Shown here: positions 1 to 10,356 of the stretch, piece after piece
Layout: the number at the start of each line of letters is the position of its first letter
Position numbering within the stretch: position 1 is the first letter of the stretch
Source: an uncultured bacterium
GTDB taxonomy: Bacteria; Chloroflexota; UBA5177; JANWHV01
Assembly (NCBI GenBank): GCA_963729625.1
Contig: CAVSOU010000011.1
Span: 320,001-384,000, forward strand
Direction: 5' to 3'
Length of the DNA stretch: 64,000 nucleotides
Program-made: the position numbers and the translations under genes
The notes under the pieces: model-generated
Seen by the model: only the letters and a program-made list of their open reading frames with translations
Databases searched by the model: none
Told to the model about the DNA's origin: nothing

Positions 1-1
1 G

Positions 2-907
2 GTCACGCGAAGGCTTGGCGACCGCGTGAAGTACTGGATTACGCACAACGAACCGGCCGTCGTGGCATGGGACGGCCACATGGTAGGCTTGCACGCGCCG
101 GGTGTGACCGACGTGCAGACGATGGTTTCCGTGGGCCACCACCTGCTGGTGTCGCACGGCGCTGCGGTCCCCGTTATCAGGGCCAATAGTGGCCCAGGTG
201 CTCAGGTCGGCATTACCCTGAGTTTCGTCACGACGTACGCCGCGTCAGAGTCCGAGGCCGACATTGCGGCGGCAGCGTGGCACGACGAAGGCAGCAACCG
301 CTGGTACCTCGACCCTCTTTACCGGGGTCGCTACCCGCAGGCGGCCGTACAGCGCTACGAGCGACGCGGCGCCATCCTGCCCATTCGCGACGGGGACATG
401 GCGACGATCGCCGTGCATACCGATTTTCTTGGCGTGAACAACTACTTTCGTGCCGTGGTCAAGGCCGGCGCGCTTGGCGACGGTTCCGATGATCAATGGG
501 TGCGAAACCCCGACGCTATCTACACCACGATGGGTTGGGAGGTCTTCCCGGACGCATTCCGAGTCCTGCTGGTGCGGCTGCAACAGGACTACCAGCTACA
601 GCGCATGTACATTACGGAGAACGGTGCCGCATTCGAGGACACTGTTTCGGCCGATGGGCACATCCATGACGAGCTCCGAACCGCATATCTGCGCGAGTAC
701 TTGCGGGCGATGCGGCAGGCCGTCGCTGCAGGCGCGCCGGTGAAGGGATATTTCGTCTGGTCGCTCCTGGACAACTTCGAGTGGGCCAGGGGTTTCTCGC
801 AGCGTTTCGGCGTCGTCTATGTGGACTTCGCGACACAGCGCCGCATTATTAAGGACAGCGGCTATTGGTATGCCCGCGCGATCAAGTCAAACGCCCCGCT
901 TGACTGA
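2..907 (+). CDS. GH1 beta-glucosidase, C-terminal part (5' end outside window)
   Basis: The frame is open from nt 2 (VTRRLGDRVKYWITHNEP). It has the GH1 acid/base motif THNEP, nucleophile motif YITENG and C-terminal WSLLDNFEW...RFG. Confidence 0.95.
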   Translation, partial: VTRRLGDRVKYWITHNEPAVVAWDGHMVGLHAPGVTDVQTMVSVGHHLLVSHGAAVPVIRANSGPGAQVGITLSFVTTYAASESEADIAAAAWHDEGSNRWYLDPLYRGRYPQAAVQRYERRGAILPIRDGDMATIAVHTDFLGVNNYFRAVVKAGALGDGSDDQWVRNPDAIYTTMGWEVFPDAFRVLLVRLQQDYQLQRMYITENGAAFEDTVSADGHIHDELRTAYLREYLRAMRQAVAAGAPVKGYFVWSLLDNFEWARGFSQRFGVVYVDFATQRRIIKDSGYWYARAIKSNAPLD

Positions 908-1032
908 TCTGCTCAATCGGATTGCTCTTCAGCGCGCTGATCGACGGCATATCCGGCCGGCCGTCGGCGCGCGCCGGGGCACGAAGAGTGCCGGGCTATC
1001 CGTGGCGAAAGGTCTGCTTCGCGCGATCTGGG

Positions 1033-4000
1033 CTAGACCGATGGCACGAGGCCGAAGAAGACGTCAAGCCGGCGGATCTCCCCAGTTCGGTTGAAGATCT
1101 TGCCACTCACATGCGCGTCGAGGCTCAGTCCGTCGACTGTCATTCTTGCGTCTTCGAAGCCCGTGACCTCGATTTGCCGCGGGCCGGCGGCGTGCGCCAC
1201 GACTGGAACCTGGCACAGCGTGTAGGCAAGGCTGCCCGGACCGAGATCGATGCTCCGCAGCGTGCCATCCAAATCGTAGAACTCGAATGTTCGCGGCGAC
1301 TTCAGGAACTCGCCGCTGCTCACCAGCTCCTGCCTGAAGCGGAGGCAGCCGGCCGATACCACCAATCCCAGCTCGCCCGCGCGAGCGATGATATCTTCCT
1401 TCACCTGGCCGGTCATGCCTGGTTGCTGCGCTCCTGCGAATCCGGGCGTGTGAGAGTAGGGATCGGTCGGTATCGCCCCGTGCTGCTCGGGCGACTTATG
1501 CACGCCGATTCCCTCGCGAATACGTGTGTACTGCTTCTTCAGGCATCGCACCACCAGGTCATCTTCACCCGCGTCGACGGCGCGCTGCAGTACTTCGTGG
1601 ACTGCCAACAGCAGCTTCGACACCATGTGCCAGTAGATCGATCCCAGCCCTTCGTACTTGTAGAAGGTTCCCGAGCGTCCGGTGAACGATCGATGATGGA
1701 AGACTTCCTCATAGAGCGCCAGGATCTGCAAATGCTCTTCCTGGGCAAGGCTCTCGAGGTCGGTACCCCGCAAAGCGTTCAGTGCGCTCCGCAGCAGGTC
1801 GGCGTTGCGGAACGCCGCACTGAAATGCGTGCGGCCCGCGATGTCCCGCACGATGATGCTGCGGTCCCCGCGGCGCAGTAGCTCCGTCAGCAGCCGCGAG
1901 CGCCTCACTCCGGCTGCGGGAAGGTTGTTCTTCTGGAAGAAGAGTGGCAGTCGACGATCGGGGTAGAGCATGTAGCTGTCTTGATCGGGGCGATACAGCG
2001 GGCCCGCGCGCAGCGTGTCGAGCAGTCTGGAGGCCTCCTGAGCGGAGAGTACTCCAGAGCTGAGCACCGCAACTTGACCTTCAAGCATCTCACAGAGTCG
2101 TGTGACCGCAATTGTCTCACCGGCAAACTGCAAGACGTTATAGGAATGGTAGAGACCGTCGCCTCGGCGGTTGGCTCGGATCGCGTGCGCGATGTGTTGC
2201 TGAGCGACATCGCAGAAGGATCGTAGCTCTTGGATCATAAGTGAGCAACGCCGGCCCGAGAATCCCTTTCCATAGATGGATGCTCTATAGGCGCTGCCCG
2301 CGCGACCGAGATCGTCCGCGACGACCTTGCGGTCGAGGTCTGAAATTGGTCCGCTCAGTAGCGGGAGATGGCGTTCGAGCGCCGATGTCACGTCCGCCAA
2401 TGCTCGTGAAACCTCGATAGACAGATCCACGGCAGTGCTGCCAAGGCTGTCGAAGAGATCCCGGCAGAACCCCATGAAGCGCCCCAGGTAATAGAGCGTG
2501 ACCATCGACACGCCGTTACCGACCAGCGCGTTGTTGGCATCGTTCCACTCGGGGCGCTGAGTGTTCATCCAGATACCCGCCTCGGGGATATAGTTGAACA
2601 ACTTGGCAAGCGAGAGAACGATCAGTTTCTCCGTCAGGCTCACACGGTGGATTGCGCCGTGTCTGTCCCGGAGGACGGCCGCATCGGCGCCTTCCGCAGC
2701 CACACGCTCACGGATCGCCTTGTCCAGTTCGGCGTCAAATACGATCGTATTTCGAGGATCCGCGAGTATCTCCTCGTAGGGCTTGATTCTGTAGGGCACA
2801 TGGGCGTACGTGAAGACCGGGCGAGCCAGCAGCCGCGGCAGCGCATCGGGGCTGTGATTCATCAAGGATTCGAGTAGCCTGAGCAGGTAGATGACCTGGT
2901 GGTCGCTCCAGTAGCCAATGTTCGACCAGGGGTCACGAGGGTCGAGAAGTTCCCAGTCGAAGCCATCGCGCGTGACCCGATAAGGGTTGTACCCGTCGGC
3001 AGTTGACGCGTCCGCGAACTTGAAGATCATGCTCTCCAGGTAGGATGGGAACGACAGCGCGAGCGCTTCCCAGTTCTGGAAGATGTCGCGCCAATTCCCC
3101 TGGAAGTTCAGCTTCTTCTCGCCGCGTGCGTCCCTGACTGCGATGAGGAAGGAGTTCCATGGTCGGCTGGGGTCGCCATGACGGCGACTGAACGTGAGCG
3201 GCAGGTACTCGTGCGTCAGCCGCTCCAGATCGGGGTCTCCCTGATCGCGAGCCCGTGCGAGAAGATCCTGGTGTGCCAACGCCCGCGGCAGCGCGCGCAG
3301 GAATCCAGCGTGCCTCTGGGCTACCTCTCGACTGGCTCGCGCGACGAATGTCCCCAGGTCGGCGCGGTTGATACGATAGCCGTCGTCGGGGATACCTCCG
3401 CGCATTACGTTGAACAGCGTGTTTGAGAAATGGCGAGCAGTACCGAGCGCATCCGCGCTGGCCTGCAGGCCATCCGCGGCTGCCACGATACGCACCAGAT
3501 TCGCGGTGCCCTGTCTCACATCTTCGCCAATCGTCGCGGGGATGTCGGGACACGTCATGATAAACTTCGCGAGCACGGTAACGTCAGCTGCATCCCGATC
3601 TACATCGGCGACGACATGCCAGACGTGATGGACCCCGGCAGGCAGTGCCAGGCGCGCATTCACGAAGTACGCCCCGCGCCTGCCGCGCACAAGAGTCTCC
3701 TGCCGGACGGACAATCCACGGCGGAATTGCTCGACCTGCACGGAGGAGAGCAGAGTTGCGGCGGCCTCCAGCCCTTCGAGCCAAACGACTGTAGCACGCA
3801 GGGCTTCGCTCGGCTCGGCTCTGTCCGTCGGGATCGAACTCAGCTTGATCAGCCCTATGCCCGATTCGACCAGCAGCTCGCACTCCTTATAACCATCCAC
3901 CAGGGTGCTGAACTCGAGCTGGAATCGCCGGGTAACGCCGTGTGGCAGGAGGTTTTGCAGGCCGTCAAGCAACTCTATCGAAACAGGCTCGGCGCTCGTG

Positions 4001-4500
4001 TTGTCGAGCCTTACCCGCCGAACCCAGCCAAAGCGTTCACTGGCCAACCACGCGTAGGAGAACACCAAGGATAGATCGTGGTTTGTCTCCTCGAACATGA
4101 TCTTGTTGCCGTAGATGCTCTTGTACAGCTTCCGCGTAACGCGGTAGAGACCATCGTACCGGGGTGAAAACGGTTCCCAGAGAGACGTCTTGTCGTCGCG
4201 GCTCACGAAGAGTATGGTCTTGCAGCCCGTGATATCCGCGCTGTCGTGGGTACGGTCATCGGTGTAATACGGGAAGAGCGCGTGGTCGGGGTCGCGCCGA
4301 CCGGCCGTTAGGGCACCATTGCTGGAGGGAAACATCCAGAGATCGGAGTCGCTCACCAGGCTCATCAGGAATGGCTCCATGGCATCATAGTTGGAGACGC
4401 AATAGTAGCTCTCGCCCTCGACGTCCACCAGTGCTCCTTCGACATGGCGTGGACCGTAGTGCAACGGCGCCCCAGCAACAAACGACTCCTGAACCGTCAC
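1033..4500 (-). CDS. GH149-like beta-1,3-glucan (laminarin) phosphorylase, ~1155 aa
   Basis: Size and motifs NFQGNWRDIFQNWEAL, DGYNPYR, IGYWSDHQ, GIWMNTQRPEWNDANNALVG and YEGLGSIYWHMVSKLLLA match my recollection of GH149/GH161 phosphorylases. Probable start is GTG 4500 after GAGGAG (ORF track starts 4521). Confidence 0.78.
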   Translation of the reverse strand: MTVQESFVAGAPLHYGPRHVEGALVDVEGESYYCVSNYDAMEPFLMSLVSDSDLWMFPSSNGALTAGRRDPDHALFPYYTDDRTHDSADITGCKTILFVSRDDKTSLWEPFSPRYDGLYRVTRKLYKSIYGNKIMFEETNHDLSLVFSYAWLASERFGWVRRVRLDNTSAEPVSIELLDGLQNLLPHGVTRRFQLEFSTLVDGYKECELLVESGIGLIKLSSIPTDRAEPSEALRATVVWLEGLEAAATLLSSVQVEQFRRGLSVRQETLVRGRRGAYFVNARLALPAGVHHVWHVVADVDRDAADVTVLAKFIMTCPDIPATIGEDVRQGTANLVRIVAAADGLQASADALGTARHFSNTLFNVMRGGIPDDGYRINRADLGTFVARASREVAQRHAGFLRALPRALAHQDLLARARDQGDPDLERLTHEYLPLTFSRRHGDPSRPWNSFLIAVRDARGEKKLNFQGNWRDIFQNWEALALSFPSYLESMIFKFADASTADGYNPYRVTRDGFDWELLDPRDPWSNIGYWSDHQVIYLLRLLESLMNHSPDALPRLLARPVFTYAHVPYRIKPYEEILADPRNTIVFDAELDKAIRERVAAEGADAAVLRDRHGAIHRVSLTEKLIVLSLAKLFNYIPEAGIWMNTQRPEWNDANNALVGNGVSMVTLYYLGRFMGFCRDLFDSLGSTAVDLSIEVSRALADVTSALERHLPLLSGPISDLDRKVVADDLGRAGSAYRASIYGKGFSGRRCSLMIQELRSFCDVAQQHIAHAIRANRRGDGLYHSYNVLQFAGETIAVTRLCEMLEGQVAVLSSGVLSAQEASRLLDTLRAGPLYRPDQDSYMLYPDRRLPLFFQKNNLPAAGVRRSRLLTELLRRGDRSIIVRDIAGRTHFSAAFRNADLLRSALNALRGTDLESLAQEEHLQILALYEEVFHHRSFTGRSGTFYKYEGLGSIYWHMVSKLLLAVHEVLQRAVDAGEDDLVVRCLKKQYTRIREGIGVHKSPEQHGAIPTDPYSHTPGFAGAQQPGMTGQVKEDIIARAGELGLVVSAGCLRFRQELVSSGEFLKSPRTFEFYDLDGTLRSIDLGPGSLAYTLCQVPVVAHAAGPRQIEVTGFEDARMTVDGLSLDAHVSGKIFNRTGEIRRLDVFFGLVPSV

Positions 4501-4878
4501 ATCGTCTCCTCGAGCGAGCACTATGAACCATCACGTTGCGGTGCGACGCCGGAAAGAGGGCCGAACGCGGCTCGCGTCCGTATTGTACAGCGAGCTGTCG
4601 CCCGGCCACGGAGTACGGTTGGCGCCAAAATTGCCCCAGGGATCTGCTGACCACGGCGAAAGTTGACGATTACTATTGCCCCTGTTATATGTAGGCTAAT
4701 CGCCGTACCGGCGCTACCGCTCGATTCAGTTGATGAGGCGGGCCACCCGGCGCCGGCCAACCACCGCTTGACGTGACGCAACTCCGCCGGTGACCGGCTC
4801 ACAGTACGTGCCGGTCGACGCGCTCTCTCCAGGCCGCTACCCAATGTTGAGTGGACCGAAAGCCAGGAAATGGGGCAC

Positions 4879-6633
4879 ATGGGCAGAAACGATTTGGTTA
4901 TCCGCATTGCCGGTGAAAGCGGCGAAGGGGTTGTCAGCGTTGGCGATCTGGTTACGCAAGCGGCAGCGCGTGCCGGGTTCTACGTGCTCACGTTCAAGAC
5001 GTACCCAGCAGAGATCAAGGGCGGTCACGTGCTCTATCAGCTGCGCCTTTCGGATTCCCCGCTGACCTCACATGGTGACCGGGTGGACATCCTACTGGCC
5101 TTCAACCAGGAAGCGTACGACACGAGTTACGACCAACTGCGTGACGGCGGCCTGATGATCTATGACTCCGGCACGTTTACGCCTCCGGTCGACAAGCGAT
5201 GCCGCCACAAAGGTGTTCCGCTGACCGAGATTGCCGAGACCCAGCTCAGGTTCAAGCTGGGAAAGAACGTGGTTGCAGTCGGCGTAGCCGCCGCCATGTT
5301 CGGCCTGAATCCTGAGGTGATCGAACGCCTGTTGGACGAGCGTTTTGGCAGGAAGGGCCCGGACATTCTGGCCAAAAACATGCAGGCTCTGCAGGCCGGC
5401 ATCGATTTCGTGGAAACGCATGTTCCCGACCGGCAGGAGTTCCGGCTGTACCCCGGAACGCTCGCTCCAGATGTGATTGTCGTGTCGGGAAATCAGGCCC
5501 TCTCGATGGGCGCCATGGCCGCGGGTCTGCAGTGCTTCTTCGGCTACCCCATTACCCCGGCAAGCGAAGTCATGGAATTCTTGGCATCGGAACTCCCGAA
5601 GGTCGCCGGCTTGGTGCTGCAAGCCGAAGACGAGATCGCCGCTCTCGGCATGGTGCTTGGAGCCTCTTATGCTGGGCGCAAGGCCATGACCTCCTCATCC
5701 GGTCCAGGTATCAGCCTCATGACGGAGATGCTTGGCCTGGCCGCGATGGCCGAAATCCCATGCGTGATCGTTGACGTGCAGCGCGCCGGTCCCTCTACAG
5801 GTATGCCAACCAAGCACGAACAGGGCGACCTCAACCTCGCGGTGTTTGGTGGCCATGGCGAGGTTCAGCGTATCGTCCTCGCGCCGACCAGCGTGTCGGG
5901 ATGCTTCTACCAGGCAATCAACGCATTCAATCTTTCCGAACGGTATCAGATGCCGGTTCTGTTGCTGTCCGACACGGTGCTGGCAACGCGCACGGAGAGT
6001 ATTGTCCGGCCTGACCTTCCAACGCTTGACGTCTGGGAGCGTGAGCGTTTCAATGCGAAAGACGCTGAACCGACCCGCAGCGACGGCTACATGCGCTTCC
6101 AGTTGACGGAGAGTGGCGTCTCACCCATGAGTATTCCGGGCCAGGAGGGCGGCGCATACGTTTCAACCGGCCTTGAACACGATGAATATGGCCGCCCGCG
6201 GTACGACCCGATCAGCCACAGCACGATGACCGAAAAGCGATTTCGTAAGCTGGAAGCCTGCGTTCACGATGCGCCTCCGGCCGAGATGTATGGTCCACCC
6301 GACGCGGACGTGGGAGTGATCACCTGGGGGTCGACGTACGGTACCGCCGTGGAGGCAGTCAAGCTGGCAATTGCCGCTGGAATGTCCGTAGCGTCTATGG
6401 CGCCCACGATGCTATGGCCCCTTCCCGATTGGCAGATTGAGCCGTTCCTGAAGGGAAAACGGGGGATTATCGTCCCTGAGGTCAACTACAGCGGACAGTT
6501 CGCGCGGCTGCTCAAGGCACGATATGGGCTGACCGTACGAACAGTCAACACCTACGGCGGCGTGCCTTTTACGACACGAGAGATCCTGGACGCGATCGCG
6601 GAGGCTTGCGAGGAGGTTTTGCAGAATGCTTGA
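4879..6633 (+). CDS. korA: 2-oxoacid:ferredoxin oxidoreductase subunit alpha (fused gamma-alpha type)
   Basis: N-terminal IAGESGEG and YPAEIKGG gamma domain; GYPITPASE, QAEDEIAA and QRAGPSTGMPTK motifs. Alternative start at 4870. Confidence 0.93.
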   Translation: MGRNDLVIRIAGESGEGVVSVGDLVTQAAARAGFYVLTFKTYPAEIKGGHVLYQLRLSDSPLTSHGDRVDILLAFNQEAYDTSYDQLRDGGLMIYDSGTFTPPVDKRCRHKGVPLTEIAETQLRFKLGKNVVAVGVAAAMFGLNPEVIERLLDERFGRKGPDILAKNMQALQAGIDFVETHVPDRQEFRLYPGTLAPDVIVVSGNQALSMGAMAAGLQCFFGYPITPASEVMEFLASELPKVAGLVLQAEDEIAALGMVLGASYAGRKAMTSSSGPGISLMTEMLGLAAMAEIPCVIVDVQRAGPSTGMPTKHEQGDLNLAVFGGHGEVQRIVLAPTSVSGCFYQAINAFNLSERYQMPVLLLSDTVLATRTESIVRPDLPTLDVWERERFNAKDAEPTRSDGYMRFQLTESGVSPMSIPGQEGGAYVSTGLEHDEYGRPRYDPISHSTMTEKRFRKLEACVHDAPPAEMYGPPDADVGVITWGSTYGTAVEAVKLAIAAGMSVASMAPTMLWPLPDWQIEPFLKGKRGIIVPEVNYSGQFARLLKARYGLTVRTVNTYGGVPFTTREILDAIAEACEEVLQNA

Positions 6634-7501
6634 AGATACGGCTGTCGCGCCGGCTGCCCGGCTCGCGCACTACGACTACAAGAGCGGGAACAAACCGACC
6701 TGGTGCCCTGGCTGCGGCGACTTCGGCGTGCTCAGCGCGCTGTACGCTGCCCTCCGCCAGACAGGGCGTCATCCAAAGGATATCGTGTCCGTATCCGGCA
6801 TCGGCTGTTCGAGCCGACTGCCGTTCCTCGTTACGAGCTATGGCTTTCATGGTGTCCACGGCCGCGCCATTCCTATTGCCACCGGGCTCAAGACGGCCAA
6901 TCCCGAGCTTACCGTGCTGGTGTTCGGCGGTGACGGCGATGCGTTCGCCATCGGGGGCGACCATTTCATGCACGCTTGTCGCCGGGATGTGGACATCACC
7001 TACGTTGTCATGGACAATTCCACATACGGCCTGACAAAGGGACAGGCCTCACCAACCAGCCGCAGGGGCTACGTTACCAAGACGACGCCCTCCGGTGTAG
7101 CCGAGACGCCAATCAATCCATTGGCGCTGGCCATGGTGTGCGGCGCAACCTACGTCGCCCAGGGAATCTCGGCCCGACCAAAGGATCTCACTGACCTGAT
7201 CGTTCAGGGTGTGGCACACAAGGGGTTCGCGTTTATCGAAGCGCTCAGCCCATGCCCTACGTTCAACAAGCTTGACACGCACGTGTACTACAAAGACAAC
7301 TCGATCGACGTGCCGCCCGATCACGACCCGTCCGACCTGGCGTCTGCGTTGCGTTTGGCCAGTTCCGGCGAGCAGATCTACACAGGGTTGATCTACCAGC
7401 GCCCGACCCCAGTATTCGGGTCGAACCATCGAGAGCTGCTTGCCACGGGCGTTCAACGGCGCGAAGACGCGTTAGGCCGGCTCTTCACTCGATTCAGCTG
7501 A
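6626..7501 (+). CDS. korB: 2-oxoacid:ferredoxin oxidoreductase subunit beta (TPP-binding)
   Basis: WCPGCGDF, SGIGCSSR, HGRAIP, GGDGD and DNSTYGLTKGQASPT motifs; overlaps the alpha subunit stop. Confidence 0.94.
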   Translation: MLEDTAVAPAARLAHYDYKSGNKPTWCPGCGDFGVLSALYAALRQTGRHPKDIVSVSGIGCSSRLPFLVTSYGFHGVHGRAIPIATGLKTANPELTVLVFGGDGDAFAIGGDHFMHACRRDVDITYVVMDNSTYGLTKGQASPTSRRGYVTKTTPSGVAETPINPLALAMVCGATYVAQGISARPKDLTDLIVQGVAHKGFAFIEALSPCPTFNKLDTHVYYKDNSIDVPPDHDPSDLASALRLASSGEQIYTGLIYQRPTPVFGSNHRELLATGVQRREDALGRLFTRFS

Positions 7502-7593
7502 GTCCGCCCTGGCCACCTGCGGCTGGCGACGTTCCGACATGTTGTGACGCGGCACCATTGGCAGTCACGGGCCGCCGTCTCCTTCCCGCGCCC

Positions 7594-7839
7594 TTACGAT
7601 GCCGCAGCATGGGATCCGCCTGACTTCTTGTTCTTGATCAGGGCATTGATCGGGTTGCAGCACGCAAGCCGGAACAAGATGAGAGGCAACGCCACGATGG
7701 CAGGCTTCGACTTCAGGCAGTTGATGGCGTACTGCGAACACGTTGGGACGTAAAGGCAGTTCACGCGCCGTTGAGCAAGCGATGGGGAGACCTTGAGCTG
7801 ATACCACTGAATCAGGTCGACGAGCCGTCTGTTGAGCAT
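7594..7839 (-). CDS. YidD-like membrane protein insertion efficiency factor / small Cys-containing protein (81 aa)
   Basis: LIQWYQLKVSP...CLYVPTCSQYA...RLACCNP resembles YidD (YQ..ISP...CRFxPTCSxYA...RC.P); ATG 7839 is preceded by GGAGG. Confidence 0.75.
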   Translation of the reverse strand: MLNRRLVDLIQWYQLKVSPSLAQRRVNCLYVPTCSQYAINCLKSKPAIVALPLILFRLACCNPINALIKNKKSGGSHAAAS

Positions 7840-8545
7840 CCCCAGTGCGCCTCCATCACGCGTTCTGGCCCTGGCCAGAGGTGATTCCAGCCCCATTCCG
7901 GAAATGAGCGTTGCTGCCAGGCCGCACAGAGCCGGCAGCCATGTCTTCAACGTAGCAATATCTCACAGAGTACAGTGCACCGAGGCTTGCGCATGTGGCA
8001 CGAGTTTCTGGATAGCACCGTGCTAAGGTTCGGCGATCTGCCCGAGTGAAATGCGTATCGTGTCGCTCGTGGTCATCGCTTGCTGCCACTCCCTCGCATG
8101 ATTGGCCCCCGGCTCGGCACCGCGCCACTCGAACCGTGATTCTTCCAAGAGACACCTGCAGTGACTCCAATTGTCCAGCGTCCGGCCAATCCGACGACCG
8201 CTGGCACCCGAGATGCTCGCACCCGCGACCGGCTTGTGCGCCGTGCCACTGGCCAAAATACCCAGCCAGCATACGACGGCACCGATGCCTGCAGGCCCTA
8301 ACCAAATCTAGCAGGCCGCAGCACCGAAGCGCGCTTGCCGGTTGAAGCAATACCAAGAGGTCGCGACATCGACCGATAACGTGAAAGAAATGGCTGAGAA
8401 TTCTCCGGCGAGCGTGGTGGCACGTCATTTCGCATTCGTAGCACGCTGTTCCGCGTCCTGGCTCGGAGCTAGAATATGAATGGATGATGAATTCCAGCGT
8501 GCTGGCGGCCTGCGAGAACAGCGAGATTGCAAACACGGAGCCCAC

Positions 8546-10273
8546 ATGCTTCAGCAAGGCAGGAGCCGGTCAAGCTCGACGGCGAACGTCCTGGCCATTC
8601 TCTTGGCGCTCGCAGGCATTATCGACATCGTCTCGGCTCTTACGCCGGCGATTCACCCGCGTCTGATCCTCATTGAGGAGATGGTCGGCACGCCGACTAT
8701 CCGCCTGAGCCAGACCGCCATCGTGCTGACAGGAATATTGGCGGTCATGCTTGCCCAGTCGTTGGCGAGGCGGAATCGTCGCGCGGCGAGCTTGGCGATG
8801 ATGGCATTGCTCGCGTCGGCGGTCCTGAACATCCTCAAAGGCATCGACTACGAAGAAGCGTCGTTCTGCCTGTTCGTAGCGTGGTTGTTGTGGCGCGCTC
8901 GCAAGGAGTTCGTCGTGCCGGGATTACCAATATCATGGCGCGTTGCCGTCACCCGGGCGCTCTGGTTTGCCGGCTTGTGTGTAGTCTACGCCGAGACCGG
9001 GGCGCTGCTCTTGGGCCATCAGGTGCGTGTGCTGATGACACTTGGACCTTCGTCTCACCCGGTGCCATATCTGGTGGCGGCCTTCGTCGGTCTTTGGACC
9101 GACTCTCCTACCGTAAAGTACACGGGAGCTCGAGGTCCGTGGTTTCACCATACCTTGTACGCGCTTGCCTTTGTAGGGGTGATCTACATGGCAGTGCACT
9201 TGTTGCGCCCGCTTATCCAAGCCGCGTCGGCGACGGCGGACGAGCGCGTGCGGGCGAACAGACTGCTCGACCGCTATGGCGCCGACGCCCTGTGTTACTT
9301 CCACATGAGGGGCGACCGCTCGTACATTTTTGCACCTGGGGGGCAGGGATTCGTATCTTACGTGGTGCGTGGGGATATAGCCCTGCTCGGCGGCGATCCG
9401 GTTGCCGCCCCGGGAAGCGTGCGGCCGTTGATCGAACATGCCCTGGATGTGTTCGCTTCAAATGGTCTGAAGGCCTGCGTGGTAGGCGCTTCTGCGGGGG
9501 CCATGGCGCACTATCGCGCCTTGGGGATGCACGCACTCAAGATTGGCGAGGAGGCGACGATCGATCTGCCAAGCTTCGACGTGCGGATGCTCGCCAAGCG
9601 CGTTCGTCGTGCGGCGCGCGCGATCGCGGCGCGGGGCATTGAAATACGCTTCAGCACTATGGCGAGTCTCGAAACGGATCTTGTGCTGCAATGCGCGGCG
9701 GTTTCGAGGGCGTGGCTGGGCGCTCACGGTGGAGTAGAGCAGGGTTTCTCGATGACGAGCGGCAGCCTCCCAGGACGCAACGATGGTTGCCATCAGTTGG
9801 CCCTGGCCGTGGTTCCTGGACGAGCGGACGAGTCGGATCGCCTGATCGGGTTCCTGACGTTGGCGCCTGTCCCCGCCTCCAACAGCTTGTCGCTCGATCA
9901 CATGCGGCGGCTGCCTGATGCCCCGAACGGCCTCATGGAAGCGCTTATCATTTCTAGTGCCGAGCATTTCAAGGATGCTGGGTATGCGTGGCTCAGTTTG
10001 AATTTCGCCACGCTCTGCGACAAGGAGCGCCCTGAGGGCGAAGGTGCGGCGATCCGAGCGGCGCGATCCGCCCTGTTCGAAGGTGCGCGCCACTTGCCGC
10101 TGCGATCCCTCTATGACTTCAACAAGAAGTTCAACCCCTCGTGGTCCTGCCGATACTGGCTCTATGAGAATCGGCTCGGCCTGGTTTCAAGCGCCGTGGC
10201 CACAGTTCGCGCCGAGGTATCCACGCCAGCCCTGCTGCCGGGCCCGCTGGCGACTGTCTTGCGCCAACGCTGA
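8546..10273 (+). CDS. MprF/LysX-like phosphatidylglycerol aminoacyltransferase domain membrane protein (DUF2156)
   Basis: N-terminal TM helices with LKGIDYEEA; C-terminal GDP, IGEEA, LDHMRR...PNGLME and SLYDFNKKFNP motifs; ATG 8546 after GGAG. Confidence 0.88.
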   Translation: MLQQGRSRSSSTANVLAILLALAGIIDIVSALTPAIHPRLILIEEMVGTPTIRLSQTAIVLTGILAVMLAQSLARRNRRAASLAMMALLASAVLNILKGIDYEEASFCLFVAWLLWRARKEFVVPGLPISWRVAVTRALWFAGLCVVYAETGALLLGHQVRVLMTLGPSSHPVPYLVAAFVGLWTDSPTVKYTGARGPWFHHTLYALAFVGVIYMAVHLLRPLIQAASATADERVRANRLLDRYGADALCYFHMRGDRSYIFAPGGQGFVSYVVRGDIALLGGDPVAAPGSVRPLIEHALDVFASNGLKACVVGASAGAMAHYRALGMHALKIGEEATIDLPSFDVRMLAKRVRRAARAIAARGIEIRFSTMASLETDLVLQCAAVSRAWLGAHGGVEQGFSMTSGSLPGRNDGCHQLALAVVPGRADESDRLIGFLTLAPVPASNSLSLDHMRRLPDAPNGLMEALIISSAEHFKDAGYAWLSLNFATLCDKERPEGEGAAIRAARSALFEGARHLPLRSLYDFNKKFNPSWSCRYWLYENRLGLVSSAVATVRAEVSTPALLPGPLATVLRQR

Positions 10274-10356
10274 CGTCCTGGCACCTGCGAAGTTGCGGTA
10301 GAATTCCACCTGGAATCGCCCGCGATTGTAACGCAAACTCCTGGACAAGTGTTCAC

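Noticed and set aside
4663-4691. TTGACG-17 nt-TATATG promoter for korAB
   Set aside because: The -10 lacks the conserved final T. Plausible but too weak to call.
7950-8480. Possible gene(s) between the YidD-like and MprF-like genes
   Set aside because: No frame gives a recognisable protein or a credible RBS/start. Left unannotated, as were 21150-21510, 35300-35670, 41100-41540 and 49770-50070.
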